Assembly: GCA_001642005.1 (NCBI GenBank)
Contig: LWCA01000186.1
Location: 1-42,795 of the forward strand
Reading direction: 5' to 3'
Source: Intoshia linei
Lineage: Eukaryota; Animalia; Orthonectida
Length of the DNA: 42,795 bases
Positions 12,201 to 27,503 of this stretch are shown here, piece after piece (within the stretch, counting starts at the first letter, position 1; the number at the start of each line of letters is the position of its first letter). Below the pieces are notes generated by a model. That model had not been told where the DNA came from. It did no database searches and saw only the letters and a program-made list of their open reading frames with translations. A program made the translations under genes and the position numbers.

Positions 12201-15200
12201 CAACCGATTTTGAAGATAATTTTGGGACTAAAATTTGATAGGGTTTGTTAAGAGAAGTTTTTCCGTCAATTTTTAAAATTTTTGAAGATAATTTTGGGAC
12301 AAAATTTGATAGGGTTTGTTAAGAGAAGTTTTTTCACTTAATTTTTAAAGATTTTGAATATAATTTTGACAGTAATGATTCAATTCAATTTTAATTTATT
12401 TCTACTCTTATTTGTAAAAACTAAATCTTATTAAATAATGTATTATTATTGTTAGAAAAATATCTAACATCACATATTAACTATGTAAATAAAAATATTA
12501 GATATAAAAAAATAAATAAATTTTTTTAAAGTTTTTAATTTAAAAATTGTAATATGTGTAAAAACTAGAACATAAAATTTGAAAATTTTTTTTTATTTTT
12601 TTTAAAAATATTTAAAATGTTTAGTAAAAAGTCGAAGGGTTAATACTAACCCATTCAAGAATTTTTAATCGAGTTGTTTTCAGCTTTTTTAAAATTGCAT
12701 TACTTTTTTTTGAATTTTAGATTTTCTGTTGATTTTAGACTGGACACAATGCGACACGACACGATACTTAATTTTTTTGTATTATAAATCAGTTTTCGTG
12801 TCAGTATTTACATCAATTTCTATGTCATCGTGTTGTGAATGTGCATTTTAAAAAAATTGTACGTTCAAACGTCATTGAGCCTGAAAAATTATTAAGAGTT
12901 TGAAATTATATAAATTTACAAAATTTAAAAATGACCCGTCAATTTTCTAAATAAATTTTTAGGAAATGTTTATTAAAATAAACGAAGCATACGAGTTTCT
13001 TTCCGAACGGAAACTCAACAGTTCGCAAATGACTGTCAGAAAAATCATGAAGCTTATTTTAGGAACACAAATTATTCTTTATAAAAGATACCCAAACGGT
13101 TGTTTTAAATTTTCTAATTAATTTTAATTTAGTTTTAAAACCTTTTAAATACGCTGGATATAACATGTTGGTTAAAATGTTAAACAATGAAGCATCGGAC
13201 GATGATTTATTTTCAAAAGAAGTTGATCTATTACCAGACGCATGCGAGTTGGTGTATTATACTGTAAAATGTTCCCGTCTGAATGCGCAAGAATTAAAAA
13301 GAGAAGGAGGTATTAGAGTTCTAAAAACGGCTTTAACGAGATCTACAAGTATGTTATCTTTGATGACAAAATCTGAAGCTTTAGCTGTCGACATTTGTCA
13401 CAATATTGCAGAATGTTTCACTATTGCTTCAACATTTGAAGAAATACGCGAAGTTATTCAGGAACTTCCATCAATAATTACCGATTTTATGAAAATTGTC
13501 TATTTCCGACAACTCGTTTGCCTCAACACTGCAGTTATTCAATGTTTGTCGGTTTTATGTAGAGATATTGCTTTACAAATGAACCTTTTCAAACACGGTG
13601 CACTATTTTATGTTATAGAAAATATTTTCAAATACGACTACACTCTGAAGGAATTGGATATGGAACACGAAAAGGATACAAATAAACAATTGATACTTAA
13701 TGTACGTGCAAAAGAAAGTTTGATATTTTGTGCTGCTATAGCCGGCTATTTAACCACGCCTAACCAAACTCCCGTTAACCGGCCTGGTCAAATTGTTCTA
13801 AACGGGTTGTTTACTCCTTATGTATCTCGAAAAATGGTTGATAACAATTTTGACGAACTTTTAAAATTATTAAACATGAATGCTGTCACGCCTTACATTA
13901 TTTGGGATAATACTGTAAGAAACCAACTAATAGCTTATGCTAGAGAAGAATCTCAAAATTTGCAAGAGACTGGAAAATGTAAGAGCGAGTATGCTGTTGA
14001 ATTTAAACCTTCTGCTCACAAGGATGAACTTGTAGTTGGAGAAATTTTTATCAATATTTATAATAGTAAAGACAACTTTCCGATTGAAAGTCCGAAAGCA
14101 TTTGTGTTGGATATAATGGCTTATTTGACATGTTCTCTCAAAGACATTGTCACTGGAACTAAAATAGAAAAAACCAAAAACCCCAAAAAACAAACTGATC
14201 GCAATAAAAACAAAATTTTAGATGTTCACAACGTTCTTAAAGCCCTTTATAACGTTATGAATCACAATCCTGGTAATTATAATTATTGCATTTTTTTATA
14301 TTTATAATTTTAGGTGTCGAAATGCAATTGGTCGGGCACATCAAGACTTTGCTAACTTTAATAAATGTTGATGGCATGTTTCGTTCAATAGATATCATTA
14401 TTGATGTAATTTTTTAAGCTTACTTTTGTAATATTGGTTATCCATCTTTAAACAATTACAATGGTTGGGAAAGTTGCCTTTTTTATAAATGTCCAATAAC
14501 CTGTATTTTAAAATTTTTTGTATCTTGAGAAGATAATTTTGGAACAATGGATTAGGGATTAGAATTAACTAACTTTTCCGGTAATTTAAAAATTTCATAA
14601 GAATCAATACAAAATAATAAAAGTTGAGTAAATTATTAAATTAAAATTCTTAACTTACCCCAATACAGTTTTATGTGTACACTGGACAACTGAATTATGT
14701 TGAAAGTCACATTTATACATCTTAAAATGTTATACATTTGAAAATTTATTATCTTTTTCAAAGTCACGTTTCCTTAAACGATAAATTAATTGATGAATCT
14801 CGTAAAAACTTTGTTATATTACTATATAATATAATTCTTATAACTAACTTTACCCAATTTTGAACATAAAAGTTGTCCAGTTGCAATATGAATTTTTATT
14901 TTATATAGCATACGTCACGTGATTAATAATTATAATTGAGTTGGGGTGAATAAAATTAATTAGATCCTCGAGTTTGATGAATAATTAAAATTTTTCAATT
15001 CAAACAATTTTAATTATGTTAAAAATGATTGAATTGATATTCGTAGGTAATAATAATAAGTTAGTAAACCAAAAAGGAAAATTTTTAATTTTTTAGGGTC
15101 CACATTGGTAAACCTTGATTATAACCAATTGTATCTTTTTTAATTTGTTTTAAATAATCAATTAATTCGAAAAATATGAACCTTGACATGGATCTGGTCA

Positions 15201-16907
15201 CCCCTATTGATATAGTATAGTAAAACCTTTAATTTTTGTTGGTTTTATGATTAACCATTCTAGATAATTATGATTTAATTTAAATTAGATTTTTCTCATT
15301 ATAATTGGTAATCAAATTTGTATTTCGGATATAGCTCAAATAAACAGTATGGAGTCAATTATGTTTATATTACAAAACGAACAGTTAACTGAAAGTGCAA
15401 TAATCATCCTGAATACATTATTATCATCAAAAGCTATTTTGCGGGAATGTTTGAACAAGGGTTTGTTACTTTAATTTATAATTTTATTAGTCAAATTTTA
15501 GGAGTACTGATTTACATGCTAGAAATTTTTTGCAATTCAGAATTGATTGAAATTAGAGTTTCCATTGCCGCGTTAATGGCAAAGTGTTTGTCTGATAAAC
15601 TTTTTGGACCTAAATTACGAATTATTCTATCGCATTTTTTACCAATGGGTTTAATTTTAATTTCGATTCAAATTTATTTACAATTTAAAATTTAGTATTT
15701 ATGGATGCCATGTGTGATTCACCTTCTACAGCCGTTCAAATGTTTGATGGCATTCATGAAAACCCAGAACTCATATGGACCAAGTCTTCACGTGAATCTA
15801 TTCAAGAAACTGTGGAGAATATGAAACATGAGTATGAAATTAACTTATTAATTTAATTTTTATTTGACAAGATTTTTCAAAAAGCAAAAATTGGACCCTA
15901 AAACTAGATGGCGGCTGCCAAGTTCCAAAAAACCTTTCTATAACTTGGCTGACGGCGAAATCATCGTCTCCAGCGTTTATCTCAGAATTTACATATTGAA
16001 CCCTGGATGGGTATTGCGAAACCCACGACAATTCATAACTGAATTATTAAATACTTGGTGCACCCTTTCTGAGCGCGAATCTTTTAATGTAAATTTTCCA
16101 TTTCGTTTTTTTATTGTAATATAGACGGATGTGTATGAAATGGTAGCCCAAGGAATCACAGCCTTTATGACTCAACAAATGGCTATATTGGATCAAATTC
16201 CTTCGATGGGACACATACCGCGGATACTAAATTACATTTCAAATTCCAGTAATCCCTTAGTTTCAAGGTCGGGTCTACTTATAGTCAACAGTTTGTCTCG
16301 AAACGCGGTAACTATTAACCAATTGCTGTAAATGATTTATAGAAATGCGTGGAGGAACTTATATCCAAAGATTGTTTAAAAAAAATAATTGCAACTTGCA
16401 AAAAAAATGAAGATATAATAGACGTCTCTGTTGATATATTTAGAAGTCTATTTGAATCTAATAATGAACAAATTGCTAAAGAGGTTTTTAATGTTTTTTA
16501 TTTTGATTTCATTTTCTAGGTTCTAGACATTGACGTAATACCCTATTTGCTAGAAATTTTATCCAAGAATTCTGTCCAAATGAAAATACCAAATTTTGGC
16601 GCTATAAAAGCCAACCTAGTCAAAGCTTTAAAATCTCTTGCCGCCAGTTATCAATACGGGACTGAAGTAATTTTTTTCATTACGATATTCAAGTTTGGTT
16701 TTAGATTAACGAAATTTTAAATTCCAGCAGAGTTTGGAAGGAGTATTGTGAACAATTACACGACTTATTCCTTAATGACTCAAATAGAGCACAACTTGAA
16801 GGTTTCATTTTAAAATTATTACATTTGCATTCTATGATTACTTAGGACCTCAAATAGCTGGATATATCATGTCATCTCATAATTTCAATAAAGAACCGCA
16901 TCTTTAA
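6243..16907 (+). CDS. DNAJC13: RME-8 / DnaJ subfamily C member 13, full length, multi-exon
   Basis: N-terminal KHSWKGR|YSR, giant exon 6694-10143 with IWN repeats (LIWNYKTR, FIWNTEMR) and GYF-2-like segment (WYY...HGPYS...WAQGLDGW), J-domain KYHPDKNPEG in exon 11877-12074, HENPELIW, VWKEYCEQLHDLF; stop 16905-16907. Confidence 0.97.
10471..11071 (+). mobile_element. Putative non-autonomous Helitron-like repeat in RME-8 intron
   Basis: Starts TCGTTACTTATATAA...TTTGTTTGTGTGTG, aligns over several hundred bp with 17874-18290, ends CTAG|T at 11068-11072; same 3' motif TACATAACAGTCAAxCTAGT recurs at 11810-11829. Confidence 0.6.
11198..11496. mobile_element. Tc1/mariner-type MITE
   Basis: TA|CAGTAAGGTGTCTCA ... 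TGAAACACCTTAATG|TA inverted ends with TA flanks. Confidence 0.7.
12207..12370. repeat. Tandem duplication, about 72-bp unit, about 2.3 copies, in RME-8 intron
   Basis: TTTTGAAGATAATTTTGGGAC(T)AAAATTTGATAGGGTTTGTTAAGAGAAGTTTTT occurs twice plus a partial third copy. Confidence 0.85.
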
Positions 16908-16968
16908 TGATTGTAAACTGTACCTTTCAAATTCATTAAATTATATTTAAGTTTTATTAAAAAATTAA

Positions 16969-20737
<3,769 letters not shown>

Positions 20738-21868
20738 TTTAGGTATAGTATAACTTTGATATTTAAATATAACTATCTTAATAATTTTGAACAATTGTAA
20801 ACATTTATATTCATAAATTTGATTTAGACTAGGTAATCAAATCATTGTTTGCATAAACAAACCGAAATCATCTTTATTTTTAAAATTTACATCGCAGCCT
20901 GGGATTCGAGATATTGGAATGATTTACAATGTAAATTTTATATTGTAAAAAGTATTTTTATATACTCAACTTCAAAACTATGGGAAAAGTCTTATTTTTC
21001 ACAGATGAGCGTGTTTTTAAAATCTCATTTATTATTTTTCACACTATGAAAAGGACTAATAATTTAAATCTTAAATACTACTATACTACAATTTGTGATA
21101 ATAAGTTTAATATTTTAGAAAATAATCAACAATTAAAAACATTATAAATTTATAAATTGCCCAAAACTATGTGAAATTATGTTTATTATTATCTTATCTG
21201 TTATTTATTTGAAAAGATTATACAATGCCACAGTGTAAAAATATTATGGAGAAATTAAAACTAAACTTCATTTTAACGGAAATTGGCGTTTGAGCTTTTA
21301 AACGTGTTGGTGACATTATAATATTGTTCTCCATGTTAGTTATACTGTTTATTTTTTAAAATTTGTTTCTAGCTCAATTTTTTTGGATTTTATTAACGAT
21401 TTAATTTCTCGAATTCTGGGAATTTGCATTATTTAAATTGTATTTAATGCATAATATGCATTGCATTATATATTCTAACTTAAAACACGAAATTAAAATT
21501 TTGTAAACACAATCCAAAATTCGTGTTCGGATCGAAACATCTTGCAAAAATATAGTGGAAACTGTTTACTGTTAATGAAAAATATTCACAATAATTTTAA
21601 AATAAAATATTTATTTGATTCAATTTATTTCAGTTAATCCAGAAATTAAATTTCAACCCCAGAAATCAACGGTATTCCTGGTCAAAAACGAATTTACACA
21701 TAAAATATTTTTCAAAAATCATAAAAATAAAGTTGATATAATGATGTACATTACCTTTATTTTTGTATTTTATTGAACCTATAAATTTAATTTTGATTCA
21801 AAATTTTCAATATCATTAAAACAAAATTGGGGATTAAATCTCTTCATACAAAACCTAAATTAAAAATC

Positions 21869-24434
21869 ATGGTTTCTTTTACATTTCAAATAAAATAATT
21901 TTTTAAAGAGAATAACAAAGCATTTATTTGAAAGTGATCAAGAAATCCACAGTATAATTAAATCTGAAGAAAAAAGACAATATAGATGCTTAGAATTGAT
22001 TGGTAATGTGTTTTAGCATACACCACGACCGCGAAAATGTTCATATTCACCAAGGGTCACCTCAATCTATGCAAAATACCAAGCGTCTATAAAAATTTTA
22101 AATATTATTACATGAAGCCATAAAAAATCACACCTTTATCTTTTACATAATGTAGATTACATTCTTAAGTTTAAATAAAATAATATAAAGAAAATAAAAA
22201 TAGGCTCCTAAATTGTTTTCACCAATTATGGGTAGTGTCATATAGCCCTAACGACCTCTCTAACGTTCTTGACTTGATATTTTAAATTGGGTGTCTACTT
22301 AAATCCAAACATTTTTACTAAAAATTAAAATTTACCAACTCTTAAGTGAATTAATCTGTTTTACTGGTTCACTTAAGTATTTGCGAAAATGAATTTTCCC
22401 TTAGGAATTTGTGAAAGTGGAATTTTACCTAACGAATTTTTAAAAGTGGATTTTTCCCTTAAGGGTTGGTAAAAATGGATAATTAATAAAAAAGGTTGGA
22501 TTTAAGAATATTCCCTTTTAAATTTAATACACAAATACTTAGGCTATTCAAGAATATAATTTTTTTAATGTTTTATTTGGAAAAATGATGGCCCATTCTA
22601 CTAAAATTTCGTCGAGCCCTTACCCTAAGAGGGATCTCAGTACGGTAAGCATTGAATATTGGATTAATTTGATAATTCTTGGTTTAATCTGTAATAATAG
22701 CGTCCGAAAATTATACAAGTGCAGCGGTTATGGAATGTATGGGTTCATGTCTTACAAATAAATATTCGGAGGGTTATCCTAATGCTAGGTATGAAATTTT
22801 TTTATTATTTCAATTCTAGATATTATGGAGGAACTGAAAATATCGATAAAATGGAATTGTTAACTCAAAAGCGTGCTCTACAGGCTTTTAATCTTGATTC
22901 TAACCTCTGGGGTTAGTATAATTAATTTTATTTGAAAAACTGCTTCTAAAACAAAATTTATCACATTATTTTATTTGTTATCTAAATGGGACACATTTAT
23001 TAAAGGGTGGAATCAAAATGGGCTCTTACCTGGGACCGTATGTACCATGCTGTAAATTGGTATATGTATAACATTTAGGTGTAAATGTACAAGCTTTGTC
23101 GGGATCACCTGCTAATTTTGCTATTTATACCGCATTATTGAATCCTCATGATCGATTAATGGGTTTATCTCTAACTGACGGTGGACATTTAACACATGGT
23201 CATATGACAGCAAATCGTAGAATTTCAGCCTCTTCGATATATTTTGAATCAATGTCCTACGGTACACTTGAAAGTGGTCCAATTGATTATGAAAATTTGG
23301 GAAAATTATCCAAGAGATTTCTTCCGAAATTGATTATTGCAGGTAAAATGTATTATATATTATAATTTATGCCATTCATAGGAGCAAGCGCATATCCTAT
23401 GGAAATAAATTATAAAAAATTTCGGGAAATTTGCGATAACTCAGAATGCTATTTATTGAGCGATATATCTCATATAGCTGGATTACTGGTGGGTAACGTT
23501 TTAAAAAATTCTCCATTTGATTACAGTGATGTCGTAATGACTACAACTCATAAAACGCTACGAGGGCCTCGTGGAGCTTTAATATTTTACCGGAAAGGTT
23601 TTTTAATATTTTTATATAATATTTATTACTTAATTAGGTCAACGTGGAATTAACAAAGACGGATCTTCCATCATGTATGATTTGGAAGGAAAAATAAATT
23701 GTGCTGTATTTCCTACTTTACAAGGAGGACCACATAATAATGTTATTGCAGGTATAAAAATTTTATCTACAGTGAGTTTATATGTAGGAATGTGTGTTTG
23801 TCTCAAAGAGGCAATGTCGTCTGATTTTAAAGAATATGCTCAATCTGTTTTACAGAATGCACAAACATTGGCAAAGTCGTTGAAGGAATATGGATATAAA
23901 TTAGTGTGCAGTATTTATATACATTTTTCAATTATATAATTGTATTTTAGATGGAACCGAAACGCATTTAATTTTGCTTGATTTACGACCCATCAAGATT
24001 AATGGAACAAAAATTAGTTTAGTTTGTGATAACGTGTGCATTTCTCTTAATAAAAACTCTGTTTCAGGTGACAAGAGTGTCATAAATCCTAGTGGAATCA
24101 GACTCGGGACAGCAGCTATTACTTCCCGTGGAATGGATGTTGAAGATGTAGAACAAGTTTCAAAATTTTTGCATCAAGGCATGTTATTTTATTCTTGTTA
24201 TAAAATGAAATTTTTTTCAAGTGTTACATTTTTATATACAAAAGAATAAATTTTTTTCTACATTATTTTTTAGCAATCCAATTATCTCTGGAAATTCAAG
24301 GAGATACAAAAACACTGGTAGAATTTAAAGAAAGAATGAATCAAAAAGTGATAATTTCTAAAATGAATGAATTGTGTAGTCAAGTAAATGAATTTGCAAT
24401 GAAATTTGATATGCCTGGTTTTTGTATAAAATAA
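21869..24434 (+). CDS. SHMT: Serine hydroxymethyltransferase, multi-exon
   Basis: LELI|[18 protein letters not shown]|[30 protein letters not shown] (PLP lysine), [23 protein letters not shown]. Likely ATG-only first coding exon (21869-21871) then 37-nt intron. Confidence 0.97.
22289..22515. mobile_element. MITE with GGG...CCC terminal inverted repeats and internal CCCTTAAGGG-type subrepeats, in SHMT intron
   Basis: GGGTGTCTACTTAAATCCAAAC vs reverse complement of GGTTGGATTTAAGAATATTCCC; related ends at 39750-39819 and 42328-42600. Confidence 0.65.
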
Positions 24435-24437
24435 ATA

Positions 24438-27419
24438 TTATTCATCAGAATCTGAATTAAAATACAACTTTTTTTTTATTTTTCCTTTTTCCACCGTATT
24501 TGTTTGTTCATTTAAATCTGACCACCCAAAAACTTCCGCATCACTTTTAAGAGACAATGGACAATTGGAACAATTTAAATTTGTTTTTATATCTGAAAAA
24601 TTTTTATCTGTCAACTGAGATTTAGCATCTAAATCCACTGCATCATTTGAAGAATCAGAGTTTTTGTCTGAAAAAAAAAGTTGATCAATATATTCCAATC
24701 TTTTTGATTCTTTAAATTTTTGGGGACCATTAATCAAGGATAATTGTTGTAATTTTTTTTTAATTTCAGTTTTGGGTATATGAAAAAGATTGTCAGAAAT
24801 TTCATTAATAATTTTGTTTGTTTCATTATAATTTTCGGCAGCAATATTGTAAACTTCTTTAAGCTGATCAACCATATCATCAGTCCATAAAAATTGAGAC
24901 ACATTTCTTTTAAACAAATTGTGTCTATTTTGATTAAGATTATTCAAATGTTCCTTATCAATAACCAACTCTAGTTGTATTAATCGGTGTTTAATGTCAT
25001 TTACAGATCGATCAGAATCAATGAGGTTATTTTTGATAATTTTGATGATTCCAAGTTTGGTATTTTGATCAATTAAAATATTGGAATCTGATTCCGATTG
25101 TGTTAATTGGTTAAATAATCTTGCAAGTTCAAAGTCTTGTTGTTCAGTCCATTTTAGAACATTTTTTTCAGTTTTGACTTTACACTTTTTGGTAAACAAA
25201 GATTCTACCAAAATGTTTGGGTTTTCTACGTAATCTTGAACAAAATGTTTAGTAAAATAATCTGCAAACTGAGTCAATTCATTATAAATACTTTCTTCAT
25301 GTTGAAATGGTTCGTAATTGTAAATTTCTTTAATAATGTACAACATTCTGGCAGTATACATTAAATTTAATAATTTGTATTTGTGACCCAATCTGTGTAA
25401 CATTTTTAAAACAGTTTTGTTTTGAGAAGGTGAATTTGATTTATATTCTCCCAACAACAGTATAAAACATTGCAAAACGCGAGGTTGCGCAAATTTTAAT
25501 ATAAACTCATCCAATTCAAATGTCGTTTCCTTTTCTAAGCCCTAAATTTGATTACAACTAAAAAATAGTAAATCACCTTTGTCGTACTTTGCACCAAACC
25601 ATATTTTGAATTGTTGAGATGATTGTAAATTTGAATTAAACATTCACAGCATAAGTTCAAATTATTTAAAAAAAGAAAGGTTAAATTTTTTTTTTCATAT
25701 TTTTTGAAAAATTTCACCAATAAATTTCTATGATCGGATAAATAAATGATATTATGAGCAAGTGATTTGGAAAAATTGTATAAATCGGCATGTTCTACAA
25801 AATTTTCAAATTTTAAAATGAATAAAGATGCATAAACCTTGATCAATTTCAAAAGTATCCCTTTTTTTAAAATCCAGCATACATTTAGTAATAAGAATAA
25901 TCATGGTGTACGATTCGAGAGAAATTTCACATTGTTTGTACCGTAATTTATCAAAATTACCATCATTACTTTTAACTTGAAAAATATCGTCCATAAAATT
26001 CATAATGTAATTAACTACCGAAATGTTTAAAACTTGAGTAGTGTATTTGAAAAATTTTTTACTATAAAATGTAAATTTGAGAAAAATGGTAATAATTTGA
26101 AAAAAACAACAATCATGCTCTGAATTTTGAGAAATTTTAATAAAATTAAACATTTTTTTAATAAAAAAATTAAAAGAACTGGTTAGAAATGATTTTATAA
26201 ATTCATACAAAAGGTTGTGTAAATCATGATACATGGCAAAAATTTCAAAGGTTTTGTTTCTTTTAATTTTATAATCTGTATAATCTCGTCGAATGGGTCT
26301 ATTTCTCCAATTTGAACCTTTTTTACGACGTGAATCCAAATTATAGTCATTTGTACACATTGGTTTACTCGAATAGAGAATTATATTTGAATTTTGTTTT
26401 TCACCGGATTTTTCGTTTGGACAGTTCAATGTATAGGTCCCACCGAATCTAGAATGACGTGGACTCGTAAGCAATTTTTTATCAGACAGTTTGACATTGG
26501 TAACGGGTTTTAATTTTTGAACCTCTTTGTTTTTTTCAACCAAAACGTTCATGTCAATTTTATAAAAAATTAGACTGACGCATTCACAAACCAACATTGC
26601 ATATTTTTTTTCAGTTTGATGGGAAGCAATGTATAATAAAATTTTTGTCATTCCGCTTTCATTTAAATGCTTGAAAAGCCGAAAAATTGAATTTATTAGA
26701 TTGTAGGGACAAATTAAAGAATTTCGAAGTAAAAATAAAACACGTTCGACAAAGAGTACATCGTTTTCGGTTCGATTTTTTGGTTCAATACTTAAAATGT
26801 TTGTACACAACTCTACTAAACATTCCCAAAATATCGAATCGCATAAAGATTGTCGGTATTTTTCGATTGTATTTTCAATTTGCAAACTATCAATGTTTTT
26901 TAGGTTTTTTTTTTCCTTTTTTTTAGTCAAATCAATATTTTTATAATCTTTGAATGATTCATTTTGTTCCATTTCAGTTTCATCAATTTCACTGGCTTCT
27001 ATTGCTTCAAATTCATTTTCTTGTATTTCATCAAGATGTTTATCCAAATCGTCACAGTACCAATTTATATGATCAATAATGGCATCGGTAGGCTCAGTTA
27101 AATTGATCATTAATCTAATGACTGTATTAATCAACATCATACCTTTACCATCTTCATCTAAATGTAAATTTTTAGCGTCAATCAGTTGCGAACAATATAT
27201 TCTTTTGATGATTGGAATTAAATCATGCTTAAAAATATCACTTTTACCTACAAATTTTCGTACCGACTGTTGTTTACTTTTATCAATTTTTAAATACCGA
27301 ATTATATCTCGCAATGATTCAATACAGTCTGGTTCAAGTCGGTAGGTTCCATTATCTAATTTACAACCCAATGAAGCACATGAGGATTGCAAATCAGCTT
27401 CCGTAAATGATTCTTGCAT
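24438..27419 (-). CDS. TIMELESS: Timeless/Timeout (Tof1/Swi1 family) replication-fork protection protein, 3 exons: 27419-25838, 25794-25577, 25541-24438
   Basis: DLQSSCASLG...YRLEPDCIESLRDIIRYL, RLMINLTEP, ERVLFLLRN, PRHSRFGGTY, EFILKFA, KMLHRL, two Myb-like repeats (WTEQQDFEL, WTDDMVDQL). Confidence 0.95.
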
Positions 27420-27503
27420 TAGATTTATATTTATTGTTAATTTTGCGCCAAACAAGGTAAATTTATTTAAAGTTTAACTTTATTTTTTTAAAATTTATCA
27501 AAA
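27420..27503. promoter_or_regulatory. 84-bp divergent intergenic region (candidate bidirectional promoter) between TIMELESS and ZNF830
   Basis: Head-to-head ATGs at 27419 (-) and 27504 (+). Confidence 0.6.

Noticed and set aside
20849-21049. Small ORF between ARP3 and SHMT
   Set aside because: TTG start, no motif, no consistent splice model.
21797-21868. In-frame Lys-rich stretch upstream of the SHMT ATG resembling a mitochondrial presequence (KLGIKSLHTK)
   Set aside because: Bounded by TGA with no ATG or AG acceptor; may be chance in AT-rich DNA.
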